From a virus (lineage: Duplodnaviria > Caudoviricetes): 28,568 bases of DNA. The stretch's first letter is position 1. Each line of letters opens with the position of its first letter. Location of the stretch: IMG/VR virus record IMGVR_UViG_3300033475_000888, positions 1 through 28,568 of that record; one strand, 5' to 3'. The position numbers and the translations under genes were made by a program. Below the pieces are notes generated by a model that was given only the letters and a program-made list of their open reading frames with translations, made no database searches and was not told the DNA's origin. Below, piece by piece: positions 8,167 through 14,491 of this stretch.

Positions 8167-8336
8167 GGGAGTCGCGAAAAAGCGAGGGAGTTCTCCCTCG
8201 CCGGGTCCCTCAGCGTCCCTCCCCAACTTGATCAGCGGAAACGAGCCGTGAGGGAGGCGAGGGAGCCGGACCCGGTAGACCAGCTCCCGGCCCCGAAACG
8301 CAGGTCACGGCGGGAGGCGGTGAAGTCCCTCCCTCA
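8164..8336. repeat. clt-like array of 8-bp repeats (GAGGGA core)
   Basis: Forward YGAGGGAG at 8164, 8183, 8249, 8258; reverse copies at 8193, 8205, 8215, 8325, 8329; non-coding and directly after traB. Confidence 0.75.
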
Positions 8337-8399
8337 GCGAGAACGACCAACGAGCGATTCACCAGCGAAGTAACCAAAAGTGATCAACAAGAGGAGAAC

Positions 8400-8615
8400 A
8401 TGATGGGAAAGCGCATCCACGGATACGCCGATGGCGAGCGAGTACGGGACCGGCGCGACGGCTCGACCGGCCGCGTCCGGCACCTCACTCTGACCGAGGA
8501 GGAGCGGGCCTCGGGCGAGTGCGCCGAGGCCGAGATCGTGTGGGACGGGCTCGCCGTCCAGGACGAACTGGGGCTCGCCCTGCCGCACATCGAGCGAGTG
8601 AAGGGCGGCCGGTGA
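8400..8615 (+). CDS. Small beta-rich (SH3-like) hypothetical protein, 71 aa
   Basis: GAGGAG RBS; GERVRD..G.TGRV...IVWD pattern. Confidence 0.75.
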   Translation: MMGKRIHGYADGERVRDRRDGSTGRVRHLTLTEEERASGECAEAEIVWDGLAVQDELGLALPHIERVKGGR

Positions 8616-8821
8616 TGGCGGACGTCGACATGCTGCACGACTCGGACGGCGACGTGCTCGCGTCCCTGAATTGCGGGAACTGTGGTCTCCTGCTCGGGGC
8701 AACGGGTAATGGCCCGTGCAACACCTGGATCCGCATCTCGGCGCGCTGCAAATGCGGAACCACCACGATCGGCGAGGCACATCCCAACTGCCCCACCGAG
8801 TGCGGCAAGGGCGGCCGCTGA
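8615..8821 (+). CDS. 68-aa Cys-rich protein (7 Cys)
   Basis: CGNC, C, CKC, CPTEC; TGATG coupling on both sides. Confidence 0.7.
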   Translation: MADVDMLHDSDGDVLASLNCGNCGLLLGATGNGPCNTWIRISARCKCGTTTIGEAHPNCPTECGKGGR

Positions 8822-9243
8822 TGGCCCGCCGCAACCCGGACGACCGCCTGCAGCAGCGCATCGCCTGGCACGAACTCGGGCACGCCCTCGCGTGGGACCG
8901 GCTACTCGGCCGCGTGAAGGAAGTGGTCCACACCGGCAGCGAGGGCTGGTGCAGCGTCCGGTGGCCCCTCCGGGAAGAGGACTGGCGCGCCTACGCCATC
9001 GGCCTGATGGCCGGGATCGAGGGCGAAAAGCTGTGGGAAAAGCACCACGGCGGGCTGTGGGGCAACAGCAGCCACTGGGCGCACGACATCGCGCGGTTTA
9101 CCGACGTCACCGACGGCCAACGCTTCTCGCAGAGCCAGGCGCGCTCCGAGGCGAGGCGAATCATCCGGTCACACCGGGCCTGGTTCGAGCAAACGGCACC
9201 CAAGCTCATCACCGCTGGTCGCCTCACCGGCAGCCAGATCTGA
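8821..9243 (+). CDS. Stand-alone M41 (FtsH-protease-domain)-like Zn metallopeptidase, 140 aa
   Basis: AWHELGHA (HExxH), AG..GE, downstream Asp, C-terminal L...GRLTG..I. Confidence 0.8.
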   Translation: MARRNPDDRLQQRIAWHELGHALAWDRLLGRVKEVVHTGSEGWCSVRWPLREEDWRAYAIGLMAGIEGEKLWEKHHGGLWGNSSHWAHDIARFTDVTDGQRFSQSQARSEARRIIRSHRAWFEQTAPKLITAGRLTGSQI

Positions 9244-9280
9244 CTTGCAACCAGCAAGAACCGAGAGAGAGGAACGAACC

Positions 9281-9484
9281 ATGGCACGACACATCAAGTG
9301 GGTCTCGGTGACCCGCGGCGAGCCGACCGCTCCGAAGAAAGCGGCCCCGCCGAAGAAGAACACCGCGCCGCCCACGACCGAGAAGGCCAAGGCGAAGCCG
9401 GGTGCGCACAACTGCTTCGACCGCTACAACGTCAACGGCGACGAGCGCACCTGCGCCCACCCCGGCTGCGGAAAGCGGATCTGA
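9281..9484 (+). CDS. 67-aa Lys/Pro-rich protein with C-terminal His/Cys cluster
   Basis: GAGAGG RBS; HNC...CAHPGC; TGATG coupling to the Nudix gene. Confidence 0.7.
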   Translation: MARHIKWVSVTRGEPTAPKKAAPPKKNTAPPTTEKAKAKPGAHNCFDRYNVNGDERTCAHPGCGKRI

Positions 9485-9924
9485 TGGCAACCGAGATCAC
9501 CGGCGCGCACCTGACCGCCGACCTGGTGCTGTTCGCTAGGAAAGAGGGCAAACTGCACGTCGCGCTCGTCCAGCGCGACCAGGACAGCGATGCCTTCGGC
9601 GGCTGGTGGGCATTGCCTGGCGGTTACCTCGATGATGGCGAGACCTTCGAACAGGCAGCCCGACGCGAACTCCGCGAGGAAACCGGACTGACCAGCCCGG
9701 ACGTGCTGCGACGGGTCGACATCTACGACCGACCCGACCGTGACCCGCGTGGCCGCGTCATCTCGGTGGCCTTCACCGCGGTCCTGGACGACATGCCCGA
9801 ACCGAAACATGGGGATGACGCCAGGGATGCCCGCTGGTGGCCGATCGTGGACGTGCCGGAACTCGCGTTCGACCACAAGACGATCTTGGGCGACGTGCTC
9901 CGCGACGTCCTCCAGCACGACTGA
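9484..9924 (+). CDS. Nudix hydrolase, 146 aa
   Basis: Nudix box GGYLDDGETFEQAARRELREETG; RDPRGRVIS and LAFDH motifs of the ADP-ribose pyrophosphatase/NrtR-like group. Confidence 0.95.
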   Translation: MATEITGAHLTADLVLFARKEGKLHVALVQRDQDSDAFGGWWALPGGYLDDGETFEQAARRELREETGLTSPDVLRRVDIYDRPDRDPRGRVISVAFTAVLDDMPEPKHGDDARDARWWPIVDVPELAFDHKTILGDVLRDVLQHD

Positions 9925-9949
9925 CCAAACACGATAGGAGATAAAGACG

Positions 9950-10225
9950 ATGGGATTTTTCGGAGGACCGAGCAAGAAGGAACGGCGGGAGCTTGCCACA
10001 CGGCTGGAAGCGCACGCCGAGCGGGAAACTGCCGACGCGAAAAAGCTCAAGGCTGATGCGGCGAAAGTCCGTCAGGCCGACAGGAACGCCCTGTACCCCG
10101 ACCCGGCCGCGACCAGGGCAATCACTCGTTACCTTGAGGCGAACCGGCGAATCGCCGAGCTGAACGCAGAGGAGCTTCGGCAGGCGGCCAACGAGATGAA
10201 GCGGTCGTCGAAGAGGTGGTTCTAG
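9950..10225 (+). CDS. Helical/coiled-coil hypothetical protein, 91 aa
   Basis: AGGAG RBS; followed by a hairpin. Confidence 0.75.
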   Translation: MGFFGGPSKKERRELATRLEAHAERETADAKKLKADAAKVRQADRNALYPDPAATRAITRYLEANRRIAELNAEELRQAANEMKRSSKRWF

Positions 10226-10244
10226 CCCTCGGCCCACTCGATCC

Positions 10245-10272
10245 GAAGCCCCCGACTACGGCCGGGGGCTTC
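10245..10272 (+). terminator. Hairpin ending the transfer operon
   Basis: GAAGCCCCCG pairs with CGGGGGCTTC. Confidence 0.7.
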
Positions 10273-10328
10273 CGCTTTCCGCAGGCCACTGCCACTCTGG
10301 TCCACACCACACGCGAATGGGGACGCAC

Positions 10329-11111
10329 ATGGAAATCGATCATGACCGGCTCAACCACACCGCCCAGCACCCGGGAGCCGTAGACCGGCCGACCCTCGAT
10401 GCCCTCGCCGCCGTCCTCGCCGGGACCAGGCGGCTTGAGGACGTCGTCGGCGCCCGGAGCGTGTACGGCCCGGCCCGCTCCCACCTCGCCCACATGGCCA
10501 CGCTCGCCGACGAGGCACGCGGGCCGCTCCGGCGCGACACCATCGACCTCGCCGGCCAGTGGGCCTCCTACGTCGGGTGGCTGCACATGGCGGCCGGGCG
10601 CCACAACAAGGCGGCCGGTTGTTTCTCGGTGGCGTTGGAGTGGGCGGAGGACGCCGGGGACGACGACCTGGAGGCCACGATCTGGTCGTGGCGCGGGCAT
10701 CTCGCGTGGACGCTCGGCCACACCGGGCCGACGATCGGTCTGTCGCGGCGGGCGCAGCGGTACCGGGATGTCTACGCCGGCCAGCTCGCCTACGACTGTC
10801 TGCAGGAGGCTCGCGCGCACGCGGTCGAGGGCGCCGAGTACATGGTCGACCGGCTCGTCGACGAGTCCCACGACCTCGCCGAGCAGGCTGTGGCGACCCT
10901 GGACGGCGCGCCGGCGTGGCACTACTACCGCGGCACCGAGTTCTGGGATCTGGAGCGCGGCCGCGCACTGTCCCGCCTGCCGAGCCGGGCCGAGCAGGCC
11001 GTCACCTACCTGCAGGCCGGGCTCGATGCGCTGCCCGACGGGCACGGCGAGAGTGAGTGGGTGCTGGACTACCGGCGCGACCTGGAGCATGCGCAGGCAC
11101 TCTGCGGGTAG
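10329..11111 (+). CDS. TPR-like helical domain of actinomycete XRE/NsdA-type regulators, lacking the N-terminal HTH, 260 aa
   Basis: LAGTRRLEDVVG, AGQWASYVGWL, ALEWA, QEARAHA and PAWHYY motifs; alternative start at 10317. Confidence 0.75.
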   Translation: MEIDHDRLNHTAQHPGAVDRPTLDALAAVLAGTRRLEDVVGARSVYGPARSHLAHMATLADEARGPLRRDTIDLAGQWASYVGWLHMAAGRHNKAAGCFSVALEWAEDAGDDDLEATIWSWRGHLAWTLGHTGPTIGLSRRAQRYRDVYAGQLAYDCLQEARAHAVEGAEYMVDRLVDESHDLAEQAVATLDGAPAWHYYRGTEFWDLERGRALSRLPSRAEQAVTYLQAGLDALPDGHGESEWVLDYRRDLEHAQALCG

Positions 11112-11125
11112 ACCGGCCCGACAAC

Positions 11126-11157
11126 AGCCCCCGACCTGCGCCGGGGGCTATTTTTTT
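11126..11157 (+). terminator. Intrinsic terminator overlapping the 3' end of the GntR gene
   Basis: AGCCCCCG/CGGGGGCT stem followed by A and T7. Confidence 0.75.
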
Positions 11158-11396
11158 GCCACGAACGTGCCGCGGCCCAGTGTCACGGTTACCAGGCCTT
11201 CCTCGCGCAACTCCACGACGGCACGGTGCACGGTCACGCGGGCCACGCCGTAGATCTCGGCGAGCTCCGGCTCTGACGGCAGTTTCCCGCGCAGCCCGCC
11301 GGACTCGATGTCGGCGCGCAGGTCCTCCGCGACCTGCCGCCACAGCAGCTCGCCGCTCTCGTGGTCGATTCGACCGGACCTGTCTTCCCACGCCAT
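11148..11396 (-). CDS. GntR-family winged-HTH regulator (DNA-binding domain only), 82 aa
   Basis: WRQVAEDLRADI..G...KLPSEPELAEIYGVARVTVHRAVVELREEGLV....GRGTFV. Confidence 0.93.
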   Translation of the reverse strand: MAWEDRSGRIDHESGELLWRQVAEDLRADIESGGLRGKLPSEPELAEIYGVARVTVHRAVVELREEGLVTVTLGRGTFVAKK

Positions 11397-11417
11397 GTGA
11401 TCACGCTAGACACCTTG

Positions 11418-11488
11418 TGACCTGCGAATACCCGTCACGACATCTCATGTTGTCCCGAGCTGTCCTATGCTGTCCCATACCCGTCACG
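11418..11488. promoter_or_regulatory. Divergent promoter/operator region with phased repeats
   Basis: TGTCC at 11451, 11461 and 11471; exact 12-bp ATACCCGTCACG at 11428 and 11477. Confidence 0.65.
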
Positions 11489-11508
11489 GCGACAGCAAAG
11501 GGCTGATC

Positions 11509-11733
11509 ATGGGCAAAGCGGTCACATCTCAAGGCGCCATGGTGCTCGCCCGGCCGCGCCGCGGCACCGTTGGCGAAACCCGCCGCGTCGCGCACCTCTT
11601 CCGGGCGGTCAGCCAGGACTCCGACGCGGTCACCGCGCTGTGCGGCGCCTCGTTCAGCTCCCGGACCCTCGAACTCCTCGACGGCCCCACCGGAATGCCG
11701 TGCACAGCCTGCCTCGCGCGCTGCCCCAGCTGA
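11509..11733 (+). CDS. 74-aa Zn-finger-like protein
   Basis: RRVAH...LCG...GMPCTAC; divergent from the GntR gene. Confidence 0.75.
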   Translation: MGKAVTSQGAMVLARPRRGTVGETRRVAHLFRAVSQDSDAVTALCGASFSSRTLELLDGPTGMPCTACLARCPS

Positions 11734-11740
11734 GCACGGC

Positions 11741-11782
11741 AAAAAGCGGCCCCCGCACCCGGATCACCGGGGCGGGGGCCGT
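11741..11782 (-). terminator. Hairpin with A5 on the left (terminator for minus-strand transcripts, possibly bidirectional)
   Basis: CGGCCCCCGC pairs with GCGGGGGCCG. Confidence 0.65.
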
Positions 11783-11822
11783 GTGCTGTAACGGCTGCTC
11801 GACGTGCGGCGACCACCTGCTC

Positions 11823-12098
11823 ATGACCGATCAGTTCGAATCGCACAGCTCGATCAGATGGAAGACGATGGAACGGCTCAACAGCGCCGCCGCGGAGGGC
11901 GCGGAGGCTTACCGCGAGCAGGTGGCCGAAGAGACCCTGCGGCAGGTCATGTCGCTGCGCACCATGGTCCTGGTCTGGACCGTGATCGGCATGGTCTGGA
12001 TTGTCGCAACGATGGTCCTCGGCATCATCATCACGGTCAACGTCGTCGATGCTGCTCACCAGGCGAGTTGCATGCCTTCGATCTACCGCGAATGCTGA
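11823..12098 (+). CDS. Single-TM membrane protein, 91 aa
   Basis: Long hydrophobic segment; isolated between two hairpins; start uncertain. Confidence 0.65.
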   Translation: MTDQFESHSSIRWKTMERLNSAAAEGAEAYREQVAEETLRQVMSLRTMVLVWTVIGMVWIVATMVLGIIITVNVVDAAHQASCMPSIYREC

Positions 12099-12118
12099 CG
12101 CGCTCCTGAACACAGAGA

Positions 12119-12171
12119 AAAGCCCCCGCGTCCAGCCCGCCGGGGAACGGGACGGGGGACGCGGGGGCTTT
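12119..12171. terminator. Bidirectional terminator at the convergence of the two arms
   Basis: Perfect 15-bp stem AAAGCCCCCGCGTCC/GGACGCGGGGGCTTT. Confidence 0.8.
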
Positions 12172-12207
12172 CGACCGCCGGGCGAAGCGGCCGTCTGGGT
12201 GGATCGG

Positions 12208-12543
12208 TCAGGCGCTCGCCGGACCGGTCGGCGGGGCCGGGGGCTGGGCGGGCGGTGCCTGCACGGGCGCCGGTGACGGGGCCACGGGAGCCGCTGGGGT
12301 GTCCACGACGCGCGGGGTGTGCCGGGCCAGCCAGCCCGCGGCGAAGGTCAGACCACCGGTGACGACGGTGTCGATCGCGGCCTGTCCCCACTCCGGCACG
12401 GCACCGCGGAACACGTAGGCGCCGAGCAGGGACAGGACCAGACCGGTGATGGCGGCCGCGGTGCTGGCGGCCTTGACCTTGGTCTCGACCTGGTTGAGCA
12501 GGTCACCCTCGATGACCTGGAGCTCGTGCTTGAAGTTGGTCAT
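12208..12543 (-). CDS. Holin, 111 aa
   Basis: VETKVKAAS..two TM..AGWLARHTPR pattern of actinophage holins; AAGGA RBS; last gene of the lysis cassette. Confidence 0.8.
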   Translation of the reverse strand: MTNFKHELQVIEGDLLNQVETKVKAASTAAAITGLVLSLLGAYVFRGAVPEWGQAAIDTVVTGGLTFAAGWLARHTPRVVDTPAAPVAPSPAPVQAPPAQPPAPPTGPASA

Positions 12544-12554
12544 GGTGGGTCCTT

Positions 12555-12869
12555 TCAGGCGGCGAAGAGGTTGGATTCGACCGGGCACGAGTACTCGAAC
12601 ACTGCGACGACCACGTCGTCGGCGACGGCGATCGGACCGGGCCGGTCCTTGTCGAACACGGTGAGATTCGGGTAGCCGGGCTGACCGACGGGGCCGTAGT
12701 CGGGGCTCGGCCCGGTCGGGGTGCGCTTCACGTAGGTGACGCTGTGGACGGTGACCTTGTACGGGTTGTCCCGGGCGTCCTGTCCGCCCACGTGCCACCA
12801 GATCGAATGCGGGCGACCGGCCATCTCGACCGTGGTCCAGACGTGGTCTCCAGCCTTCTGACGTGCCAT
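12555..12869 (-). CDS. 104-aa beta-rich protein, possible separately encoded endolysin accessory/cell-wall-binding subunit
   Basis: GGAGGA RBS inside the last lysin codons; sits between lysin and holin. Confidence 0.7.
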   Translation of the reverse strand: MARQKAGDHVWTTVEMAGRPHSIWWHVGGQDARDNPYKVTVHSVTYVKRTPTGPSPDYGPVGQPGYPNLTVFDKDRPGPIAVADDVVVAVFEYSCPVESNLFAA

Positions 12870-12871
12870 GT

Positions 12872-13495
12872 TCAGTCCTCCAAAACAGCGATCGGGGTAG
12901 CGGTGGACGGGGTCGTGGTGTGCGCCTGGGTGGGCAGGTCGTTGTACGGGATCGCGCCGCGGTTGAGGTCGACGGCGCCGACCACGCCGGGCACGTGGCC
13001 GGCTTCGGACCACTGCCAGGTGTCGTAGGACACGGTCGGGTTCGCGCCGTAGCGCGCCGCCCAGATCAGGGTTTCGGGCACCGCGGCGAGCACGGGCCCT
13101 CTGATCGCGCTGAGCATGGCGTTGTTGCCGTACAGCGCGGGCCGGTGGCCTCGAGCTCGGATCCGCTCGAGGAACGCGATAGCGAACGCGACCGCCGCGG
13201 CGCCCGGGGTGAACGGGGCCTCGAGGTCCAGCGCCGGGGCGAGGTCGAGCAGGCCCGCGGCGGTCGCTCGAGCGAGGAGCCGGTCTGCCTGCTCCACGGG
13301 GTCGCCGGGCTCGGCGTAGTGATACGCGCCCATCGCCACACCGGCAGCGCGGCCGGCGAAACCATAGCCGTCGTCGGGCCGGTCCTCGGTTCCGTCGGAG
13401 ACCTTGACGTAGCAGAACGCGTACCCGGCGCGGCGAACCGCCTGCCAGTCTGTGACCTGCTGGTATGCGGTGAAAACGTCGATGCCGTCGGGCAT
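12872..13495 (-). CDS. Endolysin, GH25 muramidase, 207 aa
   Basis: GIDV..YQ, YVKVSDG, GAYHY, ALDLE, WAARY, WQWS..G.VPGV.G.VDLN. Confidence 0.93.
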   Translation of the reverse strand: MPDGIDVFTAYQQVTDWQAVRRAGYAFCYVKVSDGTEDRPDDGYGFAGRAAGVAMGAYHYAEPGDPVEQADRLLARATAAGLLDLAPALDLEAPFTPGAAAVAFAIAFLERIRARGHRPALYGNNAMLSAIRGPVLAAVPETLIWAARYGANPTVSYDTWQWSEAGHVPGVVGAVDLNRGAIPYNDLPTQAHTTTPSTATPIAVLED

Positions 13496-14205
13496 CAGGA
13501 TCCTCCAGATCTGCGTCGAGCGACCTGCGGCAGGATCGCCTGGCTGCTGCTCTTCGTGCCGCCCTCGGGTGGCTGCACGGTGCACTCGTACTGTGGGCTG
13601 GCCGGGTCGAAATTGGGCGCACGGCTACACGTCTCCGTGCTGCCGTCCGGGTAGGTGGTGGTCCAGCCCGACGGCGGTTGACCCGGCTCGCCCGCGGCGC
13701 CCGCCGGGCCGGGCGGTCCCGCTGGCCCCTGGGGTCCTGCGGGTCCGGCTGGGCCCGCTTCGCCTGTGGGTCCCGCGGGCCCGGTTTCGCCGTCCTGGCC
13801 GTTCACGCCGTCTTTCCCGTCTGCTCCAGGCGCACCAGGCGGCCCGGTAGGTCCAGCTGGTCCCGTCACCCCAGGCGCGCCGGCAGGTCCGGGTGGACCC
13901 ATCGGGCCGGTAGCGCCGTTCTGGCCAGGTAGGCCTTGCGGTCCCTGCGGGCCGGGCGCGGCGGGTTGGACCACTGGGGTGCCACCGAGGGAACGCACCT
14001 GCTGGGCAAGCTGCTGGGCCTGTGCCGCGGTCGTGTTTCCGTCGGCGCGGAGCTGGTCAATCTGCTGATGCTGGGCCCACCACAGCAGCGCCAGGCCGAG
14101 CACGCCCACGACGACGGCGACCCCGGCGGCGTAGATCAGGACATGCGAGCGGCGGGCCTCGCGGGCGGCGGGCTGCACGATGGCACGCTCGATCGGGTCA
14201 GTCAT
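13495..14205 (-). CDS. Membrane-anchored collagen-like protein, 236 aa
   Basis: N-terminal TM, Q-rich coil, 31 Gly-X-Y triplets, two-Cys C-terminal domain. Confidence 0.88.
   Translation of the reverse strand: MTDPIERAIVQPAAREARRSHVLIYAAGVAVVVGVLGLALLWWAQHQQIDQLRADGNTTAAQAQQLAQQVRSLGGTPVVQPAAPGPQGPQGLPGQNGATGPMGPPGPAGAPGVTGPAGPTGPPGAPGADGKDGVNGQDGETGPAGPTGEAGPAGPAGPQGPAGPPGPAGAAGEPGQPPSGWTTTYPDGSTETCSRAPNFDPASPQYECTVQPPEGGTKSSSQAILPQVARRRSGGS
13675..13953 (-). repeat. 31 uninterrupted Gly-X-Y codon triplets
   Basis: GPQGPQGLP...GEPGQP counted from the translation. Confidence 0.9.
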
Positions 14206-14438
14206 CCGCCCTCCCGCTTGCGGCGTAGTTCAGCGACGAGTTCACCGATCGCGTCTTGCAGGTCGTCGTCATCGTCGTCGGGCGCGTCGAGGACCTTCTG
14301 GAGCGCGGCGCGTGCTGCGGTTTCCCGCTCGCGGGGCGATCCGCGGGTGATGGCCCAGATCGACACGACAGTTCCCGATAGGGCGGTGATGATCGAGGCG
14401 ATACCGGGGAGCAGCTGCGCCAAGTCACTCACGGTCAC
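14202..14438 (-). CDS. Small single-TM lysis-cassette protein, 78 aa
   Basis: N-terminal TM, Asp run, ATGA coupling to the collagen-like gene. Confidence 0.75.
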   Translation of the reverse strand: MTVSDLAQLLPGIASIITALSGTVVSIWAITRGSPRERETAARAALQKVLDAPDDDDDDLQDAIGELVAELRRKREGG

Positions 14439-14491
14439 CTCGTATCTGGGGTAGGTGGCGGGGATGTCCCTGATTCACGGGGTGACCTGGA

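Larger units (their letters stand above)
2882..10225 (+). mobile_element. AICE/Streptomyces-plasmid-type conjugative transfer module (Spd-like, TraB-like, clt-like, Nudix)
   Basis: Coupled operon with DUF3307, membrane proteins, FtsK/SpoIIIE ATPase, 8-bp repeat array and Nudix hydrolase; boundaries approximate. Confidence 0.8.

Noticed and set aside
5887-8226. 779-aa minus-strand ORF opposite traB (also 16518..18440 +, 20638..22404 + and many similar)
   Set aside because: Antisense shadows expected from high GC3 codon bias; no motifs or RBS, and the opposite strand has clear genes.
8269-8276. GACCCGGT resembling the pSVH1 TRS GACCCGGA
   Set aside because: Single imperfect copy; likely chance in GC-rich DNA.
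8164-8336. CRISPR array or replication iterons
   Set aside because: Repeats are only 8 bp, irregularly spaced and in both orientations; no cas or rep gene nearby.
12555-13622. 355-aa ORF-track call
   Set aside because: Upstream part is an off-frame overlap of the GH25 lysin; only 12555-12869 has an RBS and protein-like composition.
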